Counted from the first letter of the stretch, positions 9,581-20,261 are shown. The stretch is DNA of 64,000 nt from Candidatus Heimdallarchaeota archaeon (GCA_020353515.1 CP070695.1:2030064-2094063), one strand, 5' to 3'. A program made the numbers and translations. Notes: generated by a model not told the origin, from the letters alone.

Positions 9581-12064
9581 CTATTCAACAACTCGTAGCG
9601 CAGAAGTGAGATCCATTTTGATTAGTTTGCGAATTGATAGTAAGGGGGTTAATGTGACAAGAACAATTCCAATCAGTATGAGGATTATAAGGCTATCAGG
9701 ATAGAGGAATGATGTCAACCAGATTTCATTCATTGCTTGATCCACACGTGCTTCAAGTATATCGACTACAAAAGGTGAAAATAGGAAATAACCAGTTATT
9801 GTCCCCAGGAATCCTAAAATCATGGATTCTACCATTAAAATTAGCGATGAAGTTCGAATAGGGGTTCCAAAGGCAGCCATGGTCGCTAATTCTCGGGTTC
9901 GTTCATCAATATTCACTGTTGTAGTATTATATACCAAGAGTAGAGCTAAGATCAATACTACATATTGGATTACATCAAAAATAGATCTAAACATCTCAAT
10001 AAGCTCTTCATACACTTTAACCATTTTTATGACTGATTGGATCCCATTGTATCCCTGAAGATTGAAAAAATTTTGTTGGATAGATTCTTCCGTTATTCCT
10101 TCTTTCGGTAGAATCATCACTGCATTTACTAATCCAGTTACATTGAAAATTTGGTCATTTGATATATCACAAAATGCCCAGAATCGAATTTTACTATTTT
10201 GGATGCCAATTACCTGAAATGTTGTATTCTCTTTGGAATATTGGAGTGCTGATTTTCGATAAGGATGTTCAAGTGTGATTTCGTCTCCGATTTCAACTTT
10301 CAAATCCCGTGCAGCTTCCTGAGAAATGATTATCCCAGATGTAAGAATATATGGTTCAACCTCTCTGATTGTTTCTGGACTCCATATTGGATTAGAAAAA
10401 TTGAAGCAACGTAAAACTATAGTATAAGATTCGTGTTCTCCATGCAATGTTACTGGTATTTGGATCATAGGAACTGCTAATCTCACATCCGTATCCTTAG
10501 TAATGTTTGTCACAGGTGATTGTGACGTATTATATAAATTATTGAGTAACACATCGATCCGTCCTTCAGAATCCCCTTTTATGATCTTCTGTTCACTTTC
10601 TAACAAAAAATCTGCTCCATCAACAAATCCTAAGACAGCTGCAAGGACACAAATAGCAAGTGCAATTCCAGTTAAAGTTGAAACAGCTCTTCGAAGATTT
10701 CGGGAGATGTTGCGAATTGGGAATTGAATGAATATTGAACTTGGAAGACGGATCCATGTTAATAAAGGAGAAATTCCTCTACCTGAACTTACTTTGGGTC
10801 CAGTTTGAATTGCATGGATCGGTTGAATTCGAGTAGCTCGCCATATAGGCACAATAGATGCAATAAAGGGGATAAGGATCCCTAAAAGTGTTCCTTGCAG
10901 AAATAGTTCTGTTACCAGCCATTCTTTCCACACATGATAGGGTAAAAGATCCGTAATTACTTCTCCAAATCGATTTCCTAAGATTATTGCAAAAATATAA
11001 CCAAATATAATCCCTCCAAGTGCGATTTCAAGACTGAACAGTAAGTATCTATATGCAATCTGACGAGGTGACACCCCCAATGCCATGTTTATTCCAATCT
11101 CACGGCGTTGAGAATTCACAACACGTGAAATGAGATTATAAGCTCCGAAAGCAGCAATGATAAGGATGAGAAAAGAAAAAATGTAATATAAACTCTGATC
11201 ACCAGAGATATCTTCTTCTTGAAACTTATAGGCAGGATAATCCTCTTTTTCAATATATTCAAAAGAAATGAGGGAAAAATGATCTTGAAAGTAGTCTTTA
11301 AGATCTATGATAAGCTCCTCAAGATTGGCTTCAGGTGTTGTTAGTATCACAACCTCATTTACATATCCAAGAGGTAAACCTGTCGCTTGCTGAAGAATTC
11401 TTTGAGCTGCTTCAAGAGGAACGAACAGGGCAGCAAAAGATGATTGTGCATATACTAAATTCTCTTCGTTTACCACAAAATATTCAGGTGTCAGTGCTGT
11501 TCCAATGAATGATAGTTTAATGCCTCCTGTAATAGTAAGGAATTGTTTTTTAGGTTTCAAGTTGTGATAACTAGCAAAGTTATGTTCTACAAGACAAATA
11601 TCCTCTGCTGTTTCCGTTGATTTAATGTGTCGGCCATCTGTTACGTAAATACCATTTACATCTAAATTCTGAGATCCATCAGAGACATTGATGCCAATGA
11701 TGCGACCATTCACCAAAATGGTTTGATTAGAAGTAGATGCGTTAATTGTTGTCGGAAAACTTACTCGATATTCTAGTACATCAATCCAATTCTTATGTGA
11801 CAGATTCTGAAGAGCAGAAGAAAGCTCAGCTTGCGGTATCCAACTTCCAGGAAGCAGCTGTATTTTTAGATCAAACATATTTAGATCTTTGTTACTTTCT
11901 TCAAAGGCTTGTTGTCTCCAAGGAGTAGAGCTGCTCAATCCTGTATATATCCCAGTACCTAAACCTATTATTATTGCAATAGCTAGCACTTGGATTTTGC
12001 GTTGTCTCAAATCCCGAAAGGACCATTTAAGAAACAGCCTAAGATTACCCATGGTTTTCACCAA
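9581..12064 (-). CDS. FtsX/MacB-type ABC transporter permease (duplicated)
   Basis: Two FtsX halves (QRREIGINMALG; ERTRELATMAAFG) with large extracytoplasmic domains. Confidence 0.9.
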   Translation of the reverse strand: MVKTMGNLRLFLKWSFRDLRQRKIQVLAIAIIIGLGTGIYTGLSSSTPWRQQAFEESNKDLNMFDLKIQLLPGSWIPQAELSSALQNLSHKNWIDVLEYRVSFPTTINASTSNQTILVNGRIIGINVSDGSQNLDVNGIYVTDGRHIKSTETAEDICLVEHNFASYHNLKPKKQFLTITGGIKLSFIGTALTPEYFVVNEENLVYAQSSFAALFVPLEAAQRILQQATGLPLGYVNEVVILTTPEANLEELIIDLKDYFQDHFSLISFEYIEKEDYPAYKFQEEDISGDQSLYYIFSFLILIIAAFGAYNLISRVVNSQRREIGINMALGVSPRQIAYRYLLFSLEIALGGIIFGYIFAIILGNRFGEVITDLLPYHVWKEWLVTELFLQGTLLGILIPFIASIVPIWRATRIQPIHAIQTGPKVSSGRGISPLLTWIRLPSSIFIQFPIRNISRNLRRAVSTLTGIALAICVLAAVLGFVDGADFLLESEQKIIKGDSEGRIDVLLNNLYNTSQSPVTNITKDTDVRLAVPMIQIPVTLHGEHESYTIVLRCFNFSNPIWSPETIREVEPYILTSGIIISQEAARDLKVEIGDEITLEHPYRKSALQYSKENTTFQVIGIQNSKIRFWAFCDISNDQIFNVTGLVNAVMILPKEGITEESIQQNFFNLQGYNGIQSVIKMVKVYEELIEMFRSIFDVIQYVVLILALLLVYNTTTVNIDERTRELATMAAFGTPIRTSSLILMVESMILGFLGTITGYFLFSPFVVDILEARVDQAMNEIWLTSFLYPDSLIILILIGIVLVTLTPLLSIRKLIKMDLTSALRVVE

Positions 12065-12762
12065 CGAAGATCTTCAATTGAAACTTTTCCATTTTTTGGT
12101 TGCCCATCTTCTGCGATTCTTCCTGAGTGTAACTCAATAACACGATCGGTAATCCGGGCAATCTCACGATTATGTGTGACTAAAAGAACCGTGGTACCAT
12201 TATTTTGTTGTCTTAGTAAGAGCTCTAATATCTGTTTTCCTGTTCTAAAATCTAATTCTCCTGTTGGTTCATCTGCTAGAATGATAGGGGCCTCCTTCAC
12301 TAGAGCACGAGCGATTGCCACCCGTTGCTGTTCACCTCCAGAAAGTTGATGAGGAAAATGACGAATTCGTTCCTCGAGACCGACAGCTTTTAGCGCCTCA
12401 ATGGATTTTTGCCTACTATTCTTCATTCGTCCTAGATTTGCGACATATTGAACATTTTCTAAGGCTGATAACATTGGAAACAAGTTGAAAGTCTGAAATA
12501 TGAATCCAATTTTGTTACGGCGAAATTTAAACTGTTGACGTCGATTATAGCGAGTGATTTCTGTTTCATAAAACTTAATTGAACCTTCTGTTGGCCTATC
12601 TAAAGCTCCTACTAGATTTAACAATGTTGTTTTCCCACTACCAGAGGGTCCTAATAATACTACTGTTTCACCCTGTTCTACTTGTAAGGAAACGCCATCC
12701 AAAGCTTTAACAGTAACTTCTCCCATTTTATAATGTTTAGATAGTTTCTTAATTTCTATCAA
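12058..12762 (-). CDS. ABC transporter ATP-binding protein (LolD/MacB-like)
   Basis: GPSGSGKT, LSGGEQQR, ADEPTG and VTHN motifs; overlaps the permease start. Confidence 0.95.
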   Translation of the reverse strand: MIEIKKLSKHYKMGEVTVKALDGVSLQVEQGETVVLLGPSGSGKTTLLNLVGALDRPTEGSIKFYETEITRYNRRQQFKFRRNKIGFIFQTFNLFPMLSALENVQYVANLGRMKNSRQKSIEALKAVGLEERIRHFPHQLSGGEQQRVAIARALVKEAPIILADEPTGELDFRTGKQILELLLRQQNNGTTVLLVTHNREIARITDRVIELHSGRIAEDGQPKNGKVSIEDLRW

Positions 12763-12870
12763 AATTAATCAATCACTCCATTTAAGTGAATATAATAACT
12801 AAATATACTGTCTTTCCTTCTATTACTAACTTTAATTAATCTTCGTATATTTTTACTACAAACGAAGTAA

Positions 12871-12896
12871 TGTAAGGAACACTTACAAAGCTTACA
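12871..12896. promoter_or_regulatory. Candidate operator TGTAAG-N5-CTTACA plus an extra CTTACA half-site between divergent genes
   Basis: Inverted repeat 12871-12887 and a repeat half-site at 12891-12896. Confidence 0.3.
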
Positions 12897-12971
12897 CATG
12901 TTTATAAGGTATTTTAGTCATATAACAAGTTAGAAGAACTATTGAGAATCAAAGGATACTGAGTTGATAAA

Positions 12972-13727
12972 GTGTCAATTATCGTTATTGTTGGATTTCT
13001 TGCTTTGATAAGTTCCCTCCTCTTATTCTTATCAACTATTCTTACCTTTCCCCTTTTCAGAAAAGCCCGTGATGAAATCTTTCTTCATATGAATTTAGTT
13101 TTATTTCTATTTGCAACAACGCTCTTGATAACAGGTCTTTTTGCAATATTCTTACCCGAAATGTCCGAGGCGATTGAATATCTTAGTTTAATGAAACTCC
13201 ATTATTTATTAAGAATAGTAATACTCTTCATGTTACTAACAACAGTGGAATTTTCCTTTATTTACACTAATCTGTCCTCTAATCGCCTCTTTTTTCTTGA
13301 AAAATATATTCCATTAGTCCCCGCTTTATTTATCGGGTGGATCTGTGCTTCTGCAGTTACTGAAACTGATTTTCTAGACACTCTATCATTTTTCGGTCTT
13401 TATTTACTTACATTTCTGGTTGACCTGATGATAATCGTTCTTTTGATTCGATTACGTAACGTTCGTGAAAAATTTATTGATCGGAAGCCTGAACGAGCCC
13501 TTTTAACCCATGTCATAACAATGCTGGTTGCATTTTTATTTTATCAATCAGGTGACTTAATTGGATTTATAGGGTTTATGATCTCTCAAGATTTATACAT
13601 ATTAGCTCTCCTCTCTCAGTTTATCTTAATGCCAGTCTTTAGTTTTCTTTTACTTCTACAAAGTCGTTCCATCTGGAAAATCTTAGATGAAATTAATTAT
13701 TCATTATTACTGAATGAAATCAATTAG
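12972..13727 (+). CDS. Hypothetical multi-pass (about 7TM) membrane protein
   Basis: About seven hydrophobic helices and no soluble domain. Confidence 0.7.
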   Translation: MSIIVIVGFLALISSLLLFLSTILTFPLFRKARDEIFLHMNLVLFLFATTLLITGLFAIFLPEMSEAIEYLSLMKLHYLLRIVILFMLLTTVEFSFIYTNLSSNRLFFLEKYIPLVPALFIGWICASAVTETDFLDTLSFFGLYLLTFLVDLMIIVLLIRLRNVREKFIDRKPERALLTHVITMLVAFLFYQSGDLIGFIGFMISQDLYILALLSQFILMPVFSFLLLLQSRSIWKILDEINYSLLLNEIN

Positions 13728-13799
13728 GTTTTTAGTAGAATTTTCCTAAAGAAAAAGACTCTTATAAGATCAATCTTTTTTTGAGCTCAGGCGTTTTAG

Positions 13800-13985
13800 A
13801 TGACCAAGACTGCAGTCTTATCAGTGCGAATTCCCAATGAGGTGAGGGAGAAACTAGAACAATACGCTGAAATTTTGAGAATCAGACCCTCTGCTATTGC
13901 TGCGTTAGTTTTAGAAGATTGTATTGAGTATTGGGTCAAACAATACAGTGAAAATGCTTTGAAAAAAATTTGGGAGAATCTCTAA
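13800..13985 (+). CDS. Ribbon-helix-helix DNA-binding protein
   Basis: N-terminal beta strand VLSVRIP followed by two helices (EVREKLEQYA; PSAIAALVL). Confidence 0.7.
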   Translation: MTKTAVLSVRIPNEVREKLEQYAEILRIRPSAIAALVLEDCIEYWVKQYSENALKKIWENL

Positions 13986-14021
13986 GAAATTATCTTCTAT
14001 AACCCCTTATTCTTGATGCCT

Positions 14022-14585
14022 TCATTCTAATCTTCTCATGAAGGGATCTAGAAACGAATTGATTTGATCCCAATCACGATAATCTCTTCTTTCATTTAGG
14101 ACTATGTTTGGATCCTCTTCTGCTGCCATCCTCAACATTCTTTTATTCATCCACCCGAGATTACTAGTACTAGATAAATCGAATACTCCTCCAAATGCAT
14201 CATAAAGCACATTTTCTCCTAGATTTAAACTATATTCTTTAAAGACATCTACCAAATATTTTTTAATAACTGCTGGACGTTCATCGGGATTGGAAGCTTC
14301 TCCTGAACATACATAGATTCCAGTTAATATTTGATTCTCATTTATGGCTTTTACATTATTTTTCAAGAATTTTTTAGCTTCTTTCGTCCATCTTGCAATT
14401 CTAATTCCACTTCCTATTAATACCCCTGAATAATCTGTGATGTTTGGTTTTACCTTTTTCTTGGCTTTCAGGTTTACTAAATCAACTGTAAAACCATTTT
14501 CTTCTAAAATTTGTTTAAATTTGATTGAAACTTCTTCTGTATTACCAAAACGTGTTCCATATACGATTAAAACTTTTTTTGACAT
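14022..14585 (-). CDS. Flavodoxin-domain protein (HemG/Flavodoxin_5-like)
   Basis: IVYGTRFGNT, IGSGI, FGG and DYRDWDQI motifs; start ATG 14585 or GTG 14597. Confidence 0.88.
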   Translation of the reverse strand: MSKKVLIVYGTRFGNTEEVSIKFKQILEENGFTVDLVNLKAKKKVKPNITDYSGVLIGSGIRIARWTKEAKKFLKNNVKAINENQILTGIYVCSGEASNPDERPAVIKKYLVDVFKEYSLNLGENVLYDAFGGVFDLSSTSNLGWMNKRMLRMAAEEDPNIVLNERRDYRDWDQINSFLDPFMRRLE

Positions 14586-14732
14586 ATAATCTGACACCTT
14601 AGAGAGTATTTTTTGGTGGTGAATGAATGTAACAAAAATCTCTTGGGGAAAGGTTAATACATTTTATTATATATAATGTATCATCATAAGCTAATCCTGA
14701 AAGAACAGCAGGGAAAAAGGAGAAATCTATTG

Positions 14733-15353
14733 ATGACCGAAACTAGTTCCAGAAATGAAAGCCCAATGTGGAAGTACATCTATGCAATTGGGGGGATTGC
14801 ATCATTAATAATAGCTGTAATATTCTTTACTGCCCTTATAGAACTAATGACTGGTACATTTGAGTTCTTTCAAAATAATTTTGTAATCAGATTGATCAAA
14901 CTGCATGCTGAATATAATGAGAGTGCAAATGAATTATTACAGGGAGTTAACATCTTAGATCTGAGCATCCTAGTATTTGTTTGTCTTACAGTAATTGCTT
15001 TTTACCCGACTCTTAGAAATGTTAATGAAACATTAGCTATTATTGCTATATGCCAACCATTCATAGGAATATTGCTTTTCCTAATAACTCAAGAGATCGG
15101 TCGTACCACCACATTTTCTACTGCTTTAACAATCTCCGCTATAATATTGTGGTACGATCGATCCGATACAAGTGCGTTTCTAGGAGTTATATCAGCAGGA
15201 CTTATTTTAATCCCTGATATTAGCTTCATGTTCACTTATTCAGAAGTCTTGGCAATTATCATGAGTACTGGTTATTTATTATTTATTCCTTGGTGGTTTC
15301 TGAGTAGTTTGAAACTCTTCCAGCAAGCTAAGACAGCTCATCTCAGAAAGTGA
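14733..15353 (+). CDS. Membrane protein (DUF4386-like), paralog of 16240-17088
   Basis: YAIGGIASLI N-terminal motif and FYPTLRNVNE match YTVGGIAALI and LYYVLRSTNE of 16240-17088. Confidence 0.6.
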   Translation: MTETSSRNESPMWKYIYAIGGIASLIIAVIFFTALIELMTGTFEFFQNNFVIRLIKLHAEYNESANELLQGVNILDLSILVFVCLTVIAFYPTLRNVNETLAIIAICQPFIGILLFLITQEIGRTTTFSTALTISAIILWYDRSDTSAFLGVISAGLILIPDISFMFTYSEVLAIIMSTGYLLFIPWWFLSSLKLFQQAKTAHLRK

Positions 15354-15359
15354 TTAATA

Positions 15360-16199
15360 ATGATAGAATTACCAGAAGCAATTGTATTATCTAAACAAAT
15401 TAAAGATACATTAAAAGGAAAAGTTGTAAAATCGGCAATTAGAGGGCAGTATCCCCACAAATTTGCCTTTACTGGGAAATTCTCAGATAAAGAGTTTTCG
15501 GAGCTCCTTAAAGGAAAAACAATAAAGAAGAGCTGGGCAAACGGAAATGTAATTCTGGTTCATTTAGATCCTGGTTATTTACTGAGTCTTGGGTGTGGAG
15601 GAGAACGAATACTTTATCACAAAAAAGAAAAAACCCTTCCTAAAAAGCACCAGCTCTTAGTAGAATTCGACGATCAAACGTATCTAACAGTAACAATATC
15701 AGGATGGGGGGAAGTCAGATTACTCGAATCAAAAGATCTTGATAAACACCCTCATATATTTTTTGAAAGATTGGATCCACTTTCAGAAGAATTTACTCTC
15801 TCAGCATTTGAAGAATTAGTAAATAACCTTCCAGACAAGAAGAAATGCAGTGCGAAAAAATTTTACATTACAGATCCTGGACTAAGAGGAATAGGAAATG
15901 GGGTGATTCAGGATATATTCTTCTTATCTAAAATCCATCCGAAAAGAGAGATGAAGTCATTGTCTAAGGAAGAACGAGAACTCCTGTATGAAACCACTCT
16001 TACTGAGCTCAGAAAGATGATTAATCTTGGTGGGAGAGATAGCGAAAAGGATATTTTTAACAAACTTGGTGGATATAAGAGAATTTTACATAGCAAGACA
16101 GTAAATACTCCCTGTCCTCAATGTAAAACTATAATCAAAAAACAACAATATCTTGGGGGGACTATCTACTTCTGTGTCTCATGTCAAAAGATGGATTAA
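15360..16199 (+). CDS. Fpg/Nei family DNA glycosylase-like protein
   Basis: MIELPE N-terminus, H2TH GIGNG and C-terminal CPQC...CVSCQ zinc finger. Confidence 0.9.
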   Translation: MIELPEAIVLSKQIKDTLKGKVVKSAIRGQYPHKFAFTGKFSDKEFSELLKGKTIKKSWANGNVILVHLDPGYLLSLGCGGERILYHKKEKTLPKKHQLLVEFDDQTYLTVTISGWGEVRLLESKDLDKHPHIFFERLDPLSEEFTLSAFEELVNNLPDKKKCSAKKFYITDPGLRGIGNGVIQDIFFLSKIHPKREMKSLSKEERELLYETTLTELRKMINLGGRDSEKDIFNKLGGYKRILHSKTVNTPCPQCKTIIKKQQYLGGTIYFCVSCQKMD

Positions 16200-16239
16200 A
16201 ATTTGTTAGCTTAATCTTTATTATCAAAATCTCTTGAAA

Positions 16240-17088
16240 TTATAGAAATATTAGTAGAAAAGGTATTAAAATATAAATAACAAATGCTGTTACGATTATT
16301 ACACGGGGAAGCAGCCCCTTCTCCATTTTTACTGAATTAAATTCGTATAATTTTCGAGAAATTAAAACGTACCAAATTAGTAAAGCGGGTGAGGCAATGA
16401 GGTATGGTAAAAAGGTCATTTGGGGAGCAATAATTAACAAGATAAAATGCCCCATTACAAATCCATTTGCTATGATTCCAGCATAAGCAGTTGGTTTGCT
16501 AAAGATACTACTCTGAAACATAACGATAGCAATAATTAATCCTGAAAGAGAAACTAAGAAGTGACTTAAATAAATCCCAGTGCCTTGATAAACGGATCCA
16601 GGGTTATGGATTGCAAGTAATGCTTCTCCAGCAGTTAAAATAGTCGCTTTCTGGCCAATTGAAGCAGCAGCATATTGATTACTGAGAGACAGTAGAGAGA
16701 ATGCTTGATTAGACGCAAAGTAAACTGCTACTCCAATAAGACCTGAAATAAGAGCAATTGTCATGTAATCCTCATTTGTGCTTCTTAGAACATAATACAG
16801 AGTAATGAAAACCAAGCTTACAAGACAGTAATTAATGATGTCGAAGAAATCAAGCAATGTGAGTCCAAGGAGTACATTATCCTGCAATAATGTGAACCAT
16901 TCTTCTGCTGTTACTGGTGTCGGACTCGGCCCCCAATCAATAATTCCAAACTCTCTATACATAACAAACTCTGAACCTATATTTTTTCTAAATAGTAAAG
17001 CTGCAATGAGAGCAGCTATCCCTCCTACAGTGTAAATACTCTTTTTGGTTTGTTCTTCATCTTTTATAGCCTGTTCCATCGTGATCAT
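16240..17088 (-). CDS. DUF4386-like membrane protein
   Basis: Multi-pass protein with the LSLSNQYAAA...AGEALLA pattern. Confidence 0.65.
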   Translation of the reverse strand: MITMEQAIKDEEQTKKSIYTVGGIAALIAALLFRKNIGSEFVMYREFGIIDWGPSPTPVTAEEWFTLLQDNVLLGLTLLDFFDIINYCLVSLVFITLYYVLRSTNEDYMTIALISGLIGVAVYFASNQAFSLLSLSNQYAAASIGQKATILTAGEALLAIHNPGSVYQGTGIYLSHFLVSLSGLIIAIVMFQSSIFSKPTAYAGIIANGFVMGHFILLIIAPQMTFLPYLIASPALLIWYVLISRKLYEFNSVKMEKGLLPRVIIVTAFVIYILIPFLLIFL

Positions 17089-17308
17089 ACATCCATTGTT
17101 GTAAAAAACTTCAAATAAATGATAGTTAAAATTTGTCTAGGTTTCTATTATCCTTTTATCATCAAATCCATTCGATGAAGAGAATGAATCTTTGAACTTA
17201 ACCCAATGCAAAAAAAGCTTGTAATTTTTGGCTGTATTTACTTCCCTCTCTTAAAACATTGAAAGAATTCCATTCTTCGGACCCAAATTTCCATTAAATA
17301 GACTTATT

Positions 17309-18262
17309 GTGAATAAAATGGAAATTGTCATTTATTATTCTTTAATTGCGAGCTTTGCATTTTCGTTAGGGACTATTCTTTCAAAAGTTGCTCTCTCTGA
17401 AATTAAAAATCGTGATGTAGCTTTATTCTATCAATTATTTGTCAACTTTCTTTTCATTGCTGTACTTTTTCTTGTTATTCAACTAATCACACCATTTCCT
17501 TTTAGTGATCTAACCTTCAATGATTATTTTATTTTGATCGGATCTGCCATATTTGTTTATATTGCATTATTGTTTAGCTACTTGGGGTTGGAACGAGGTA
17601 ATGTATCCGTAGGGAAAGTTGTATCCTCCACAAGAGTTGGATTTAGTATAATTTTTGCTTATGTTTTACTAGTCGAATTGTATAGCCTTGATATTTATTT
17701 AATAATTTTGTTTATGTTAATTGGTGTTATTTTTGTTTCTTGGCATCAAGAATTACAACTTAAAGATTTCATTACCTTAAAAGGGGGTGGAATTATCTGG
17801 TTTATTATAGCAGCCTTTTTTATGGCTTTATCAAATTATTTCTTAAGCTCGTTGCAGAATACAATCGCAATTCAAGTAATCATGTTATTTAGACTAAGTA
17901 CCTTATTTCTGATTTCCATAATTCATACCTCTTGGCTAAGATTCTATAATAGAGGGAATATGAATTTTAAGCTAAATCGAAGAACTCTTGGATACATTAG
18001 CATTTATGTGATATGCTATATTGTTGGGGATTTTTTCCTTATTACTGCTTTAGGTATATCATTGACAATTTCCGAGGCAGTTATGACTACTCAAGCTATC
18101 ATCACTTTTCTTTTAATTCTAGTATTATCCCGAGTTAATTCATTAAAAGAATTAATTGCAGAGCCATTAGATCAAAAAACCCTAGTGATCCGATTTACAG
18201 GTATAATAATTGCGGTTTTAGCTACTCTTTGGCTCATCTATTCTTTAAATGGATTCCTGTAA
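17309..18262 (+). CDS. DMT/EamA family transporter
   Basis: About ten TM helices in two repeats; GTILSKVAL and YLGLERGNVS motifs. Confidence 0.8.
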   Translation: MNKMEIVIYYSLIASFAFSLGTILSKVALSEIKNRDVALFYQLFVNFLFIAVLFLVIQLITPFPFSDLTFNDYFILIGSAIFVYIALLFSYLGLERGNVSVGKVVSSTRVGFSIIFAYVLLVELYSLDIYLIILFMLIGVIFVSWHQELQLKDFITLKGGGIIWFIIAAFFMALSNYFLSSLQNTIAIQVIMLFRLSTLFLISIIHTSWLRFYNRGNMNFKLNRRTLGYISIYVICYIVGDFFLITALGISLTISEAVMTTQAIITFLLILVLSRVNSLKELIAEPLDQKTLVIRFTGIIIAVLATLWLIYSLNGFL

Positions 18263-18454
18263 ATGGGATTAATCATTCTAATCCTATTTTTTCAAACTTT
18301 TTATGTATAAAATATTGTCTCAATTCGAAAACGAAAAAAAAGGTCAGATTAATTTCAGGGGACTTTGAAGTTCTTCTATGGGAACCTTTAAGTAGTTTTA
18401 ATCTAGATTAATCATAAATTGAGTTTTTATAAAGCATAGAAGGACGGTTGGGTA

Positions 18455-18724
18455 ATGTATGGCGAAGATCCTGAATCTCGATTAATTAAAGCTGAAGCAA
18501 TTCTCCTAGAAACGTTATCCAAGCTTGTATGGATTGTCTCAATTCTTTATGGAGCCGAGCTAATCATAGCAGTCTTTGATAAAAGTTTTGATCTTTGGAA
18601 TAGAGGGGATTACAACGCAATTATACTTGCTCTTATTGCATTAGCAGTCATTTTCAAAGTTCTCGGACTGGTAGACAAACATATGATGGAATATTGGAAG
18701 CGGCAGGACGTAAAAAAGAGGTAA
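18455..18724 (+). CDS. Small hypothetical membrane protein (2 TM)
   Basis: ATG start and two hydrophobic helices. Confidence 0.6.
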   Translation: MYGEDPESRLIKAEAILLETLSKLVWIVSILYGAELIIAVFDKSFDLWNRGDYNAIILALIALAVIFKVLGLVDKHMMEYWKRQDVKKR

Positions 18725-18737
18725 TTCATACTTTCTT

Positions 18738-20216
18738 TTATACTGGTGGTTCACTTAACGGATAGATATCTATAGCGTTTGCTGTTCCCGCGATAGCATA
18801 TGAACCAGTCCCATTCCAATCCGACCAATAATTTCCCTGTGCTAAATCTGAATCATACCAATAATTGGATGTTCCATTATCAGATGCTTGTGAGGTTCCG
18901 TCGAAATTATTATTTATGAAAGAATTAAGACAGATCAGATTGGATTCACCACTCATCCAACCATCAAAATAGATTCCATACCAAGAATTATTTTCAATAC
19001 GATTGTATTTTATTTGACAATTCGAAGAACTCATTAAAAAAATACTTGCAGACCATAAAGACGTTGTATTAACACATAAATTGTTTGATATTGTGACAAA
19101 ATCTGAATTATCGTTAGTGATACAAGAATACTGGTTTTTTTCAAATTTATTAGATGAAATAATTACATAATCTGATTTAACACAATAAATTGCGTGTTCA
19201 CACGCCTCTATTGTATTATTTATAATAATTGATGAGGCAGAATGTATCAAGTCTATACCAATCCATGATTGTTTTAATATTGTGTTGTTTGAAACCATAG
19301 TTTCTTTTGAGTCTCTAATTACAATACCCCCCTCTTCCCCACCATTGGAGCATATATTGTTTGATATTTTAACATAGTCTGAATTAGTAATATTGATGGA
19401 AGTATCATCATTGTTTTCACATCTATTATAGGTAATATTTGCATAATCTGATTCATTACAGTCAATTGCGTCTCTACATGCTTCTAGTGTATTATTAGTA
19501 ATAAGAGATGAATCAGAATTACGCAAGGATATACCAGTGGATATAGCAATATCCTTTTCCAAGATGGTATTATTTGAAACAAAACTTGCTTTAGAATTTA
19601 CAATACGAATTCCTACTCCACCTGTATCTGAGATAAAATTGTTAGAAATATTGACTCCAGGGGATGAATGGATCGTGATTCCAGCTCTAGGCCAATCACC
19701 ATCGATTAATGTGTTTCCCCGAATATTTGCAGTTCCAGGGGCGACGTTTTCAATATGAATCCCTTTGTGATTTATTTCTATTGTACAATTTGTTATCACA
19801 AAGTGTTTAGTAGTGTCTTCAATGGAAAAACCAATTAGTTCCTCTGTTAAATAGTAATTAGAAAGGATATAAGGGTCAGCTTTAGTTCCTGTTCCAGAAG
19901 AGCTATACTTAAGAAAATCTGTATCTGAATAGATTTCAATGCCCGATCCATACGGTGGGTCGAAGAGAGGCCTTAAGAAGGTTGAACTTGCTATAATGAA
20001 AAACATAAAGACTATTCCTATTGTTACAATACTCCCTATAATAATTAATGATGGACGATAAGAAGGTGAGGGTTTTCTCACACCCTTCTCTTGTGATATA
20101 TGATGAGTAGATGGTTGTTTTTGCATTGATTTTGTTAAATCGGCTCCACAATGATTGCAGAATCTTCCTTTTGCAGTCGTTCTTAATTCGTTACCACAAT
20201 AAGGACATTGAAACAT
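18738..20216 (-). CDS. Zn-ribbon / TM / right-handed beta-helix (NosD/CASH-like) surface protein
   Basis: CPYC..CNHC, one TM, GTGTKADPYI, repeated I.NN.I motifs and C-terminal GNYWSDW; GGAGGTG SD. Confidence 0.85.
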   Translation of the reverse strand: MFQCPYCGNELRTTAKGRFCNHCGADLTKSMQKQPSTHHISQEKGVRKPSPSYRPSLIIIGSIVTIGIVFMFFIIASSTFLRPLFDPPYGSGIEIYSDTDFLKYSSSGTGTKADPYILSNYYLTEELIGFSIEDTTKHFVITNCTIEINHKGIHIENVAPGTANIRGNTLIDGDWPRAGITIHSSPGVNISNNFISDTGGVGIRIVNSKASFVSNNTILEKDIAISTGISLRNSDSSLITNNTLEACRDAIDCNESDYANITYNRCENNDDTSINITNSDYVKISNNICSNGGEEGGIVIRDSKETMVSNNTILKQSWIGIDLIHSASSIIINNTIEACEHAIYCVKSDYVIISSNKFEKNQYSCITNDNSDFVTISNNLCVNTTSLWSASIFLMSSSNCQIKYNRIENNSWYGIYFDGWMSGESNLICLNSFINNNFDGTSQASDNGTSNYWYDSDLAQGNYWSDWNGTGSYAIAGTANAIDIYPLSEPPV

Positions 20217-20261
20217 TTCAACACCTCCCTTAGAAAGAAGATTTTCTAGTTTAAAACTATT

